Position numbers and translations under genes: made by a program. 64,000 nt of DNA, from the NCBI RefSeq assembly GCF_009914755.1, contig NC_060940.1. The stretch is one strand, 5' to 3'. The stretch's first letter is position 1, and the number at the start of each line of letters is the position of its first letter. Shown piece after piece: positions 1 to 13,137 of this stretch. The stretch comes from the human T2T-CHM13v2.0 reference genome, Homo sapiens. The notes beneath the pieces are model-generated. The model had not been told where the DNA came from. It saw nothing but the letters and a program-made list of their open reading frames with translations, and searched no databases.

Positions 1-429
1 CAGGAAGACCCACAGGGCGCCTTGCACAGTAGCCCTGGTGAGAAGTGACAGAAGCTAATCTCAAGGAGTGTTGAGGGGGATGGAGAGAAAAGGGGACATT
101 CAGGAAGTGAAACAATGGATGTGGGCAGGATATGTTGATAGAGTGGCTGCGGATAGAAGAGAAGGTTTCATTTGAGGAAGAGAATGACTCATGAGTTTCT
201 CCTTCCTTGATCCCTGAGAGAGGAGCCATCCTCTAGACAATATTTAGAGCAAAATGATAAACATGCAACTGTATTTATCATACTTTCTGGTTGCTCAAAA
301 ATCCTTGCCTCCAATGATGTCAATAATATTTTAATTAAGTTATTATAAATGTAAAATAGTTTTGCCCTCTCTAGGAAAGGATAAAGCTGGGCCCCTAAAA
401 ACTGGGGAGTAATATTTGACTTCAGACTC

Positions 430-640
430 AGTACCAGCTTTGTATCAGACACTTTCATGTGTTATTTTAGTTAATCTGCACCAAGATCCTGCAAAGTCAC
501 CATGGTGGGCTCTTATTAATAACACAAAAACCAGGATACGGAGAGGTGCATGCTCTGCTCAGGGCCCGGATCTGGTGTGTCAGCAGGATTCAGTATCAGG
601 TCTCCTGAATCCAGGTCCAGTGCTCTTTCCACAGCTCCTT
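430..640 (-). mobile_element. MIR SINE fragment
   Basis: Resembles the reverse-complement MIR core, ending ...ccagtgctctttccac. Confidence 0.6.
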
Positions 641-1269
641 AAAGCCCTCCAGTCAGCCTTTCACAGATGTCCCCCACCTCCAGCAATTCTCCCCTCCACC
701 TCTCCCACCAGTGCAGGTGGCATCTGGATCTCCCTCCCATGATCAGCCAAGCTTTCCACCGTGTGAGCAGGAAACCACTAGCACTAGAATCTCTCAAAGT
801 GCTGGTTTAAACATAAATTCCTAAAGAATCTGATTTTACCCACTTCCCTGGATGATCCATAGGCCCACTGTGATAAAGCTGAATGAGTTACTCCTCCCTG
901 GGATATTTCATCTCAATGGAGGAAAATAATTCTGTTGGGGTCCAAAAATCACACCAAGGCTAAGGCAATACAGGGCCCCCCAACACTCATCACCATTCTC
1001 TGTGACCTTTCCCATCTCTGGGACCTCTCCATTATACTTTGTTTTCTGCAATGTTTCACTTTTCAATTAATAACCAATTTCCTTCTACTTTTGTATTTGA
1101 CAGCTTCTCAAAAAGTGATCAGACAAAATATGATTTTTAAGCATTCAGCATGCACAGTTGAAGATTAGAAGGACACTGGAAAAAATTGATGTTTATGGGA
1201 AATGTATGTGTATATTTGTATGTGTGTGCTATGTCTGTGGTACATGTACATATGTCTGCCTGCATCTGA

Positions 1270-1270
<1 letters not shown>

Positions 1271-1292
<22 letters not shown>
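1271..1292. repeat. (TG)11 within a TG-rich tract (about 1203-1311)
   Basis: Read directly. Confidence 0.95.
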
Positions 1293-1301
<9 letters not shown>

Positions 1302-1589
1302 ATGTGCGTGCTGCTCCAGATAGACCTACAAACATCTGTCTTCCTGGCCTGTGTACTTGGGAGTGGTGAATGAGTCCAACAGCCACACAGTGAAATTCCT
1401 AGCAGGTGGCAAGACTCAGCCTCCTGTTTGGAGCTTATTTTATTTTCCTATAGCTGAACCTGGGAATACAGTTCCCAAATTCCACAAGACCCTTGGATTT
1501 CCATCTCCAACCCCTGTGTCTCAGTACAACATCACTCAAACAGTAATGTGCACCCGAATTCTCTAGAAACAATGTTAAAATGGGTTTCC

Positions 1590-1695
1590 TCTGTAGGATC
1601 TAGACAGGACCGAGGAGCCTGCATTTCTAACCAGCTCCTGGGGGATGCCAATGCTGCTGGCTTGGAGACTGACCTTTGAATAGCAAGGTACTAGA
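1590..1695. mobile_element. MER5-type hAT-Charlie fragment
   Basis: ctgcatttctaaccagctcc...gatgccaatgctgctgg...ctttgaatagcaagg. Confidence 0.6.
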
Positions 1696-2954
1696 ACACA
1701 CAGCACAGACATTGGTCAGATGTGTAATTGCTCGGAGTTCAGGCTACCTACTATGGAATTAGTTATTAAAATCCTGCAACATTGGATAACTGTTTCTAGC
1801 TGTCATTTGTTGAGTGCCCCTCTCATCTGCCTCCACAGTGGACTTTTTTTTTAATATCACACCTTGTTATTCCCATGCAGGTCAACCATTGAATCTAAGA
1901 ATAGAAATCCTCATGTCTGAAGGGGTGGTCTTGAAGTAGGCAATGAGGGCCTGGGTGGTTTCCATTTCCTTTGAGCAAGTATTTCATTGCCTTCTGCCAT
2001 GCCTACCTATTTGTTTTTCTCACAGTAGGTTTCTACCAAGTGGCATCTCACTTCTAACATAAAGAACAAGCATCAGAATGCCTCCCTTTGAATGCATATG
2101 AGGTTGTTTTGTTTTTAGAACCCAAACACAGCCACTTGAATCTATCATGTAATTCAAAGGAAACAAGCATTATTCCAGTCTTTTCAAACTAAGGTTTTGT
2201 GTGCTTTGGGTATTTCAATTAGGAAGAAAGAAGGCAGGCAAGAACGTTATTGAACATTTATTCTCTGATACTGGAGGATGCGCTGGAATTCAAGAGCCTG
2301 ACTTCAGAAAGTTTGGCATTTGCTAACTGTGGGTCTGACCTTCGTATGAGAACAGTGATGAAAACTCACGGGAATGTCAGATTTTGTTACGGTATGTGAT
2401 TGGGTGGATAAGGCTGTATTTACTAACAACTTCCTCATGCATATGCATGTGCTTAATTTTCATCCACATCATTAATAAGATGATTTTAAAACTGGATGAA
2501 CCTCTGCATAAAACACAAACATTTCCTATTATATATTTTATTCAGTCTACTATGTTTTCCTCTGTGGGGATCAAGCATGATATACTTCTTTCTCATCTCT
2601 GCCTTCCCAGGGACTCATAGGAAGAAAATGTCTTCATTCTTCACTTGGTTTAGATTGTTCTACGCAAAAACTCTTGTATGGACATAAGCCTTAACTTACT
2701 CCATTCGGAGTTGAGCAGAGTCCTAATTCTTTGACTTGATCTTATACCATTCCCCACTCCTAAATTAGTTCCAATTAGTTCCAAGTTCATCCTTACCTCA
2801 GAGTCTGCTATTGCTATTCCTGCGGTCTAGAAATCATTTTCCATGTGTTTTGTATGGCTATCTCTTTCCACTTTCTTGTCATTCAAGCCTCAGCTGAAAC
2901 ACTCCCTCAGCAATAAGGTTTTCTCCACCATTTATTTTGAATAGGTGTCCCCTG

Positions 2955-2955
<1 letters not shown>

Positions 2956-3010
<55 letters not shown>
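2956..3010. repeat. (CA)27 microsatellite
   Basis: Read directly. Confidence 0.97.
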
Positions 3011-3012
<2 letters not shown>

Positions 3013-3032
3013 TGTCAATCATACTCTACCCA

Positions 3033-3206
3033 GTGATGGAAATGTTCTACATCTGTGTTGTCTAATATGGTAACTACTACCTGCATGTGGCTACTGAGCA
3101 CTCAAAACGTTCCTAATTTGACTGGAGTACTGAGTTTTTTCATTTTAATAAATGTAAATTGCAATAGCCATATGTGGCTAGCAGCTACAGTATTGGGTAG
3201 TGAAGC
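3033..3206 (+). mobile_element. MER3 (hAT-Charlie MITE)
   Basis: gatggaaatgttctacatctg...catgtggctactgagcac...aatagccatatgtggctagcagctacagtattgg matches MER3. Confidence 0.8.
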
Positions 3207-3821
3207 TTTCGTATTCAAACCTGTCTCATATCCTTCATAGCCCTCATCTGTGACTGAAATTATCTTGTTCATATCTTTTTCTCTTGTTTATCACCTGTCT
3301 TTCCATGCTGGGTTATCTTTTCTGCTAACCACTGGATACCAGGGTGTTCAGCGTGATGGCTGACATGTAGTGAGTCCTCAAATAATTTTTATTAAATTAA
3401 CTTTAAGAAAATCCCACTTAACAGCCCTTCACTGTTTTTAGAGACCATTCCAAAGGTCTTGACTTGTGTTGATATTATTGTCCTCTGAAAAGTCTGAGTC
3501 AAACTCTGATTAGTTTTGTAACATAAAATACCATTGGATTGTCTGTTTGCATAATTGGTTTTCTGAGATTCAGCTCCACATTCTGTATTCATCCTAATCA
3601 ATGGTGTCTCCTTAGTTTCTGTCTTTCTTTCCATTGTGTTAAGATGGATCTGTTGTCTGCCCTTCCCAGTTTCAGCATATTTGAATATTTGGCAAATGTG
3701 AATTCTGATTACCTATCCTACTTGTAGCTTATGATACTGGCCAAGTCTTATAGAATGTAGACTCTTAGGATTCAGATCCAAGATATTTGTTATCTTTAGG
3801 CACAGTGTTTTTTTGTTTCTG

Positions 3822-3844
3822 TTTTTTTTTTTTTTTTTTTTTTT
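3822..3844. repeat. Poly(T)23
   Basis: Read directly. Confidence 0.9.
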
Positions 3845-4724
3845 GGTTGAGTTAAAGTCAAGTCCTTGGCTATTTTGGGAAGATGAAAAACCAGACCTAT
3901 GTTATTACATAAAATTGCCTCAGAGCTTTATTTTGATTGATTTCCTTTGTTAGCAGTATTCTCATAATAGCTTAAAAAAAACATAAAAGTATAAAATTTC
4001 ACTCTCTGTGAGATCTCCTTTGTGTGCAGATATTACGAGGCTCTGTTCACTTCATTTTTTCTTATTACATGCATTATTTTATCTGCACCAGAAATCAAGT
4101 ATGTATGTCTGTGTGTGAATTTGCTGGTAAAAGGATGAAGTAATGTTAAAGAAAAAAATTAAAAAATTATCTACCCACACATACCTGGTTTCATTTTGCT
4201 CACTGCCTTCAAATTCTATCCATATTTGTAGGTCATGTATGATGATGCTCATGTTATTTTGTGTATTTTTACTCAATATTCTAAGTAGATCAATAAAGTT
4301 TAAAAATTATTGTATTGTAATATGTTGTTACACAAACATTCCTTCAACTAGTTCCCTTCCACTGGATGTTCAGGCAGATGCCAGTGTAATTTTATTTTGA
4401 GAAATAACAATGCAGTGAATAGTTCCAAATATGTAGTGCAAACTTATATAGGATCAGGAGTGGTATAAAAACGGAACAAAAGTATGAGTCTTTCGTGGTT
4501 TCTGTTGAATTTTGCCATGCTTTTGAAAAGGATTATACTGGTTTACAATACCATCAGGTGGAATGTGACTCTCCTGATTTATAACAAGAATGTTTGTCTT
4601 TCATTTTTCTAATTTGGGCTCTTTTTTGACAATAGTATTGATAATAACTGTAGCAACAATAGCAGCAGTTAATATTCTTGAGACATATTATATGATAGAC
4701 CATATTTAAATGCTTTAGAAATAT

Positions 4725-5050
4725 TGTTTATAGTGGTTAAAAAAGTGAGCTCTGGAGGCAGACTTCCCAAGGTCAAATCTGGACTCCACCATTTATCTTC
4801 TCTTTGCTTTCATTCTCTCCTCTGTAAAAAGATCCAAAGGGTTGTTATGACAATCAAGTGAGATAATATAGTATAGAGCTAAAGTAAGCACTGGATAAGT
4901 GTTTGTTATTATTCCTAATAATGAGTGTTTTTGTTAACCCCACTTACAGATGAGAAAACTGAGATCCAGTGTCTTGCTCAAGGTCACACAGATAGGAAAG
5001 AGTTGTACTAGGATTCCAAATGCAGATGCCCTTTTCTGATCAAAATACTC
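4725..5050. mobile_element. Two adjacent MIR fragments (+ about 4725-4910; - about 4935-5050)
   Basis: tagtggttaa...gctctggaggcagac on + and acagatgagaaaactgag...tgctcaaggtcacacag on -. Confidence 0.7.
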
Positions 5051-5838
5051 CTATGCGGGGACCAACACTTATATCCAAGAGGAAGTATTACTCTTATCGC
5101 TGAGTTAAATCAAGGTTGAATTACGCACAGAAAATGTGCGCATAAGGTCCCCGTGATTCACTGGAAATGCCATGACATAATTCTTCGTTTCCAAGACAAA
5201 CAAAAAAGTTGTTTTTTTATGCTGCCTTCTTCATTGAGATCTGAAAGTAGTTCCCTATGGAAGTGATTCATGGTGTTGTGAAATCCTCCGAAATTGTAAA
5301 CAGCCTGGTGGGCAGGAATCCCGACGTCTCATTCAGGCCCCCTGCAAATTCTGAGTTCCTAGCCTGAGGAAAGCCCCCAACAAATACTGACCTGACTTTC
5401 TCCTAAAAGATTGCCATAAACACTTTTGGTTATCTCTTAATGTACTTGGTTCATAACTGCTTAGTCAGTTATTTTTATTAGCATAACATTCCTTTTAAGC
5501 ATAATGATATTGGGAAAACAGAAATGATACAAGCGTAATTTCTTGGCTATGACTGTTTATGTTTTGAGTTTTTTTGTTTTGTTTTAACTTTCTTTGCCGA
5601 TTTGATGAATTAATTGTAAATTTCCCAAGGGGGATCTAAAGTGAACTGATCTTTGCCTTTTATTCTGGAATGTTCAATTTCTATTCTAGTCCCAGTGACT
5701 ATCCTCTGAGACCAAAATTTCAATATTGCCAAGGGCTCATAAAATTGTCGATATAACCTACTTTCTCTAGAGAACCTTATTTGAATTTTCATAATGAATT
5801 AATATCTTCTTTCTCCCCCAATCTCTTTGCTCAAATAG

Positions 5839-5983
5839 CTATTTGTGGAGACCACTGATGTCAATGGCAAAACTCTCGAGGGGCCGGTGCCTCTGGAAGT
5901 CATTGTGATTGATCAGAATGACAACCGACCGATCTTTCGGGAAGGCCCCTACATCGGCCACGTCATGGAAGGGTCACCCACAG
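5839..5983 (+). CDS. CDH13: Internal coding exon of cadherin-13 (T-cadherin); probably exon 6 of the canonical transcript (about aa 213-261)
   Basis: Translates [48 protein letters not shown](G), recognised as CDH13 EC1 end, DxNDN linker and EC2 start. Acceptor: pyrimidine tract tcttctttctcccccaatctctttgctcaaatAG ending at 5838. Donor: CAG|GTATGT at 5984. 145 bp, phase 0 to phase 1. The exon number is from memory. Confidence 0.96.
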
Positions 5984-8315
5984 GTATGTCACATTGGCTT
6001 ACCTTTAGCGTAATGGCTTGGAAAGAGGCACACTTTGATCTTTGTGGATTCTAGGGACTGTCTTATGGCTGTTCCAACTTGTCAGCTCGTATCAGCGTCG
6101 ACTTAATACTTCCCTGCGTAGAAGCCAGGTTGGAAAGCTAAAGTGCAAAGCTTGACCGAGGTGTTGCAAGCTACGGAAATCTCTTTCATTGTCTCTGAAG
6201 ATCATCCTCCAAGGATGACTGCCATCTAAGTCTCTAAGGCATGGCCGATGTTGGGCACCATGTAAATATCCAGCTTACCTTTGTGAAAGTCCAAGGCTAA
6301 ACTTTGTGCTATAGCAGGGCTTTGATGAGAATTGGGTCCCCATTACAAACTCCTCAGTTCTTTCTTTTCACAGTGGCCTTTTAATAAGAACTATTTTAGT
6401 AAAATAGGTAGGACTTCTTCCCTTCCCTTAGAAGATGTGCATGAAGAAATCTTTTGTCTTCAGTCAGAGGACCAAAAGGAGGATGTTTGATATCTCTCTC
6501 TGGAAATGCGTAAATGCATGTGCCTACTGTTATAGAAGTCACTCAAGGTTACTATAGAGCTCCCGCTGTCTTTTCCCATGTTTAACCTTTCTATCAGGGA
6601 CGGTTTTAGAATTTAGAGCTTCCTTTTTTGCCCCAATACATACAAATTAAAGTATCCCACAGCCAGCAGCTGAAGTCACTCCTAAGTATAATGCTTGAGA
6701 AAATGAAAGAATAAAACAGAAAAATTCCTCTTCGGCTCACTTTGATTTTCAGCTTTAAAATACACTTGAGTGAAAAAAAACACCATATTAAGAGTATCAT
6801 ATTAAGAGTATCATGATACTCCTAGATTATGCCCAAATAGGTAAAATAGTGATTCGTCAGACCAGACAGGAGATGAGAGCGGCTTTTACTATTTTTCCCC
6901 CTTTTCTGAATTGATGGGATCTATCAGTGACATGTAGATACATGAGGCTCTGGAAATGTTGCCATGGTAACCTTCCCAGACAACCAGGTGGATAATTGTA
7001 TGCAAGATGCCTAAAACCTCCCGTCAGCTTCAAGGAGCTGGGTCTTTATGCACTGCATCAGATCCCCCAAGGGCAAGAGCGACCCTCTTCCTTCCCAGCT
7101 TTAAATGCACTCCGTAAAAATGAAAGCAAATGCACTGCGTGTGTGCTGGAGGGTGTTTAGGGGAGTGTTGGAGGCAGATGGCAGAGGAGCAATGACAGGT
7201 CTGGAGAGAAGGAGAGAGGGCAGGTGAAGGGAGGTCAGGTCACTTCAGGGCAGACAATCCACGTGGCCCCTCTCTGTGAGCTGCTTTTGATGGAAAGATG
7301 GCTTCTGGTGAGAAACACCCTAGAATTTCGGTTTGATGTTTACAGAAATCTTCTTAAACGAGCTGATGTGCAGAACACATTTGGAGAACCAATGAGGAAA
7401 GCGATTAAAGAGGCCAAAGTTTGAGCAGAACAGAAAAATGATTCCCAATTGCTATCTGTGGTACTCGGGCCCCATGAGTGAGTGACTAGAATTCAGATGG
7501 GCTGGGAAAGTGTTCTAAATGTAAATGACAGTGCTTACATTCGGGATGGCTGTGAGCTTGCACATGTCTTTGTATATTATGTGTGTATATGATTAGACGG
7601 TGTCCAATTTTCCTCCCACTGTGCCTGTCCTTAAAGTTTAGAAAAGAATTTCAGATACATGTAATATTTTTTGATACATGTATATACATGTAATATTTTT
7701 TGAAGAAAGAGTTCTTTTTGCACATTGAATTCTTTATGCACATGTTATTTTGTGTATTTTTTATGTATGTTTTTTGTGTATTTTTTAGATAGAGTTCTTT
7801 ATGCACATTGAATTTCTTAAATCACAGAGTTATTCAGTTAGAGACAGTTCTCCAGCAAAACATAAACCACCTCAAATATCTATTTATGATTGGTATTATC
7901 CTATAAAAATACATAAAGACTCAGGTGTCTGTATGGATTCATTGTTTTCTTTCTCAGCACCCTCTGGGTTGGACTATAAAGCACGCAGTGAAATAGAATC
8001 AGTCAGATTTGGGATCCAGAATGTGGAAATGTTGCAAAAGACTTTCAAACAAAAAGCCACTTAGATTACTTAGCACCCTGTAAGAGAGTTGCAGGCAAGA
8101 TGGCCCCCGAAGCATTCATGAGGCCAGTGGGAATCTGATGAAGAAGACGGTATCCTCTTTCCAACCTCTTCTTCAACTTAAATCGTTTACAAGTAATAAC
8201 AAACCCTAACTGGCTATAAAAATGATCGTCTCTTGTATTTCCATTATGCTCTGCTCATCTGTGGCTCATAGGATCCCATGTGTTGTAGAAATTATTCGAC
8301 ACCCACTGGGAGTAA

Positions 8316-8366
8316 GGGTGGGGGTAGGGGTGGGGTTTGGGTGGGGGTAGGGGTTGGGGTTGGGGG
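8316..8366 (+). repeat. G-rich tract, 9 G-runs (G-quadruplex motif)
   Basis: gggtgggggtaggggtggggtttgggtgggggtaggggttggggttggggg. Confidence 0.9.
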
Positions 8367-8509
8367 CTGACTCTGGAAAGAGTTCCATGATTTTCCATGC
8401 TCTCACAAATAAAAGATGGGAGTCAGTGCATAACCTGCCTTCAAATCATATGCTCTTTCACCTGTCCCGCTGAATTCATGGTGAACACAGCCATCAGGTA
8501 TCATAGCAC

Positions 8510-8720
8510 TGCGTCGAGTACTTACTGTGTGCCAGCAGCCATATATGTACAACATCATTTCATCCATGATCCCACTTCCTGCCCTGAGAGGTGGCTACCA
8601 CTATCCCTATCTTACAGATGAGAAAACTGAACATCAAAGAGGCTCAGGAACTTGACAAAGTTACCTGGCTGGGGAAAAGGCACAATCAGTGTCTACGTCT
8701 CCAGCTTCAAAATTTGGTGA
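8510..8720 (-). mobile_element. MIR fragment
   Basis: ttacagatgagaaaactga...cttgacaaagtta. Confidence 0.65.
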
Positions 8721-8808
8721 ATGGTTGATTACTTAGCTGGTAAGAGGCTGCCACATCTGCCTTAATTCTCTGCAAATTCTGGCCACATCTGCACTGGCAT
8801 CATGCTCA

Positions 8809-9303
<495 letters not shown>

Positions 9304-9430
9304 TCACAGAAAATGACTAGTTCTTCGGATGAAATAGCCAGGCCCATTGAATCACCTCTAGGGTTCAACGGTGTTAAGTGTTGAGGCCTTTGTCACCACT
9401 CATGTCACTTTTTTCTGAGCCTACATAACC

Positions 9431-9622
9431 AAAGGCAGCTTCATGGGGCACAGCCTTTGTGGCCTCACACAGCCAAGGGAACAGAAGGGTCCCATGCTCA
9501 GAAGGGCCTGGGGCTTGGTTTAGAGTTCTGCTGTCACCATGTTGAAATTCTTAATAATTGTTGAACAAGGTGTCTGCATTTTCATTTTACACTGAGCGTC
9601 ACAAATTATGTGGCTGTTCCTG
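9431..9622 (+). mobile_element. MER91A-like DNA transposon
   Basis: gcttcatggg...ctcagaagggcc...gcttggttt...ttgaaattcttaataatt...caaattatgtggctgttcctg. Confidence 0.8.
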
Positions 9623-9629
9623 CTCACAG

Positions 9630-9850
9630 CATTGTAGCCTAGAGCTGTGTTTGACGCTGTGCTCAGCTATTTAACACGGTGTGATATTGGGCAAGTTACT
9701 GAACCTTCTAGGACCCTCTGCAAATGGGGATAGAATATAACAGTAGCTACCTTAGAGAAGTATATGTGAGGATTCAGTGAGACAACATGCTTCACCCAGT
9801 GCTTAGGGAACAGTAAATGTACAATGAATGCCTTTGTATTGTTAACAGTG
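9630..9850 (+). mobile_element. MIR
   Basis: ttgggcaagttactgaacc...ctgcaaatgggga...gtgaggattcagtgaga. Confidence 0.7.
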
Positions 9851-10565
9851 CAATTATTATTTTTATTCTGGAAGAGTACCCTTTAGCAAAGGTAAAGCAA
9901 AGAGACACATGAGTTGTGTGAAGACAAATTCATCTTCCAGCAAACCACGCGTCATTTTCATGTCCCCATGTGTTCGAATGCCCTCGGCACCAATCTATCA
10001 CAAAGGAAGGTCACCCATATTTATCTGTATGTGCAGACAGGAGACCATTCCGGCTGCTCAGCACTGAACTCCGGGGTATTGTTTTGGTGAATCATTCCTG
10101 GATGAAGGAAGATCAGCAGAACATAATGGTCTTTGACTTTGCAGATCGTGAGCTGTTGCTTTTGCAGAGCCACAGACATTGATTTATGAGGCCCAAGCCA
10201 AGGCTCTGGCTGCTCCTTGGGGGCATACAGATCTCTGTGTGAGTTTGGTGTTTTCTGATGGCCAAGACATGGTGTTCATGAGTAGGGGGTAGAGGGTGAG
10301 AACTCTTGAAATTCCTGGAGGGCACTAATTCCAAGGCCCCATCATGTCTTGTTGGCATCAATTCATGGGTGTTTTGCCCTCTGGTGGTTTCCTGGGCACC
10401 TTTGAGAATGGCTGACCATGAGGAATGGCATGTCAGGCTCCCACAGAAGCAGGCCCTGAGATGAAGATTGAGGCCTGCCTGTGGTTTGCTTGAGAGGTAC
10501 AGGGACAGATACCAGGTAAGGTGAGGTACAGAAAAGGAAGTCAGACAACTTGAGGTGCATTATTA

Positions 10566-10873
<308 letters not shown>

Positions 10874-11539
10874 CTTGAGGTGCATTATTAAAGCAGCTCC
10901 CAGAGTGGGTAACTGCAGCTTTATCCTTTTTGGGGAGCTCAAGGAAATGACATTAAACACATACGTTAGAGTTATCTCAGCTAAGGGGCAGGTAGCTAGA
11001 ATATCTACTCCCCCAAGTCTGATAATGAGACATAGGTTCAAAGCTGTCCCCAAGGATGGGGGGCTTTAATTTCCAGGCACTTGCCGCCAGCTGTGCGCAA
11101 GGGAAACCTGGGATCCATCAGCTCCAATATCCTGTCCTCTTGAGGCCTCGGCCTTCCAACAACATCAGGAGCTGGCTGTAGGTTGTGTTCGCTCTCCTGG
11201 CTTTTAGCCACCCCAAATGGCAGCCAGGGCAGCTGGGAGAATGGCAGCCCCCCACCCTGGACGGGTGGGGCAGCTTTGAGAAAGATAGGTGGTGAGAGGT
11301 CACAGAAGGAAAGAATTAGCTCCCAAACTGCATGACTGACAAAGATGAATGTGGCATTTACCTAAAGGTGCACGTTCTGTGTCCTGAAAGATGCACATTG
11401 CTTAGGCATGTCTGATCCTTCTTCTTGAGGCTGTTGAAGACAAGCAGAGATTAGCAGTTACGTCCTCATTGTCTAACTTCTGAAAGCCCAGCCACTTTCC
11501 CTCCCTCTCTTTCCTGTCTTAGTCCCTTTAATTTTTTTT

Positions 11540-11790
11540 CCATCCAGTATGCTTAGCAAGCATCTACTCTGTGCTGGCGCTATTCTAAGCTCTGAATGTG
11601 CAACACTGGACCTGGCAGGTGCTGCTTGTTCCCTCCTGGTATTCATAGCTGAGGAGGGAGGATAGCATCCAATAAATCAGAAAGAAAATTGCGGCAAGTG
11701 CTACAACATAGTTGTATGGGAGGCTCATCTCGGGAGGGGCCAAACCTAGTCTTGTAGTGAGATAGGAGGCCGCTCTGAAGAGATGATGTA
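11540..11790 (-). mobile_element. L2 fragment
   Basis: agcaagcatctactctgtgctggcgctattctaagctctg matches the reverse-complement L2 3' end. Confidence 0.55.
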
Positions 11791-12299
11791 GGGAGTTTTT
11801 GTCTTTTATTTTTCCTCCAGGATCCACCTGAGTTCCTTTTCAAGACACAGTTCCTTTAATTTTTAAACACATCCAGCCATTCCAGACATAAGAAAAAGCC
11901 AGCCGATCAAGTCGCCTTTGGGACTAATGGCTATCCTGAGAGCTCAGCTTTGCTTGGAAGTTGCTATTTTCCAAAACAGCTTGAGCTAAATAAAGATGGC
12001 TGGGATAGTTGATAGTTGATATTTGACACCTAGCTCAGCCGATGGTGTTCAGGTTGTTGCTATGGCCTGGTAGTAAAGTCCCTTTTCTGGTTACTTTTTA
12101 CTTGTTGCAGTAACTGTGATGTGGCTTTTCAACCCATTGACTGTTAATTTTTTTTTGCTGATATTTTCAGACTTTCATGCTGTAGGTTCCTCCATTCTCA
12201 ACTGCCCCAACCAATCCTATGTGTTTCTGGAATATCAGGCATGTGGCTATTTCTTTTTTTTTTTTTTTCCTTAGGTAGATATATTTTTTAAAAAATAAA

Positions 12300-12780
12300 T
12301 AAAGCAATTCTGTTCTTTTCAAGTGAAAGAAAATGCAGTCACTCTCCAGTGCCACCATCCAGAGATAACCACAGTTGACATTTTAGTGAGTGCAGTTCTG
12401 GGGTTCTCTCCTGGCATCTCTACACAGAGAGATGCAGGTGCACAGTTTTACAGAATGGGAGCTCTATGTGCTTTTCCGTAAATCCCTCTCTTCACTCCTC
12501 AGGGTCCTATGGACATTTTTGTAAATCAATAAACATCAAGCAACATCATTGTTTCAAACAGCTAGAGTCTGGATCTACCATCGTCTCCTTAACCAATTTC
12601 CTATCGATTTAAGTTGTTTTCACTTTTCTACACTTCCATCAATTCTGCAGAAGAGAGCTCATCTCTTCCCATGTTTGTGACAATTTCTATAGGATATATT
12701 TACATGAGCTGGATTAATGGGATGGCGGATATGCCCTGTTATGTTTTGATCCCTATTCAGGTGATGCTTCTAATCAGAGG
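12300..12780 (-). mobile_element. Old L1 (L1ME-like) fragment
   Basis: ccagagataaccacagttgacatttt...aaccaatttcctatcgatttaagttgttttc. Confidence 0.55.
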
Positions 12781-13137
12781 ATTTTAGTCTGTATCTTGGC
12801 TAAGCTTGTTCATGCAGCAGGATACAATAGTCTTTCTTTTCACACACAAACATACTGATGGATATTTTTGTTTGTTTCTCCAGATGACACTCAGTATCTA
12901 CAAGTTTTTGTGGTCATTTCACTAGCTGTTTTGTAGATAGTGGATGGCCTTGCTATGGAATCCTTGCTGGATATTGTGGTGGAGGCAGAGGAATGCAGTG
13001 GTTGAGACTGGCCCCTTTCCTTAGGTCATCACTGGAATTTTAGTGAAGAAGTGCTGCCCAGGGATGGCATCATTAACATGCTGCAGAGCCCTTGAGCTTG
13101 GAGGAGACAGCACTTGAATTATGGTACAATTCACTGT

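Larger units (their letters stand above)
2790..3400 (+). mobile_element. L2 3' end interrupted by (CA)n and MER3
   Basis: L2 3' motifs: ctcagagtctgctattgctattcc... and ...gacatgtagtgagtcctcaaataat. Confidence 0.6.
1..5838 (+). other. CDH13: CDH13 intron upstream of the exon (3' part)
   Basis: Ends in a polypyrimidine tract plus AG; no other cadherin-coding sequence seen. Confidence 0.88.

Noticed and set aside
2763-2782. 10-bp tandem duplication aattagttcc x2
   Set aside because: Ordinary slippage; too short to be informative.
5845-6054. 69-aa ORF treated as a stand-alone gene
   Set aside because: Starts at an internal GTG of the CDH13 exon and runs into the intron; the real unit is 5839-5983.
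8355-8366. TTGGGG as an interstitial telomere
   Set aside because: Only two units and not the vertebrate TTAGGG.
10513-10521. Strong donor-like CAG|GTAAGG (also 47581)
   Set aside because: No convincing paired acceptor or cadherin frame; such motifs are expected by chance in 58 kb.
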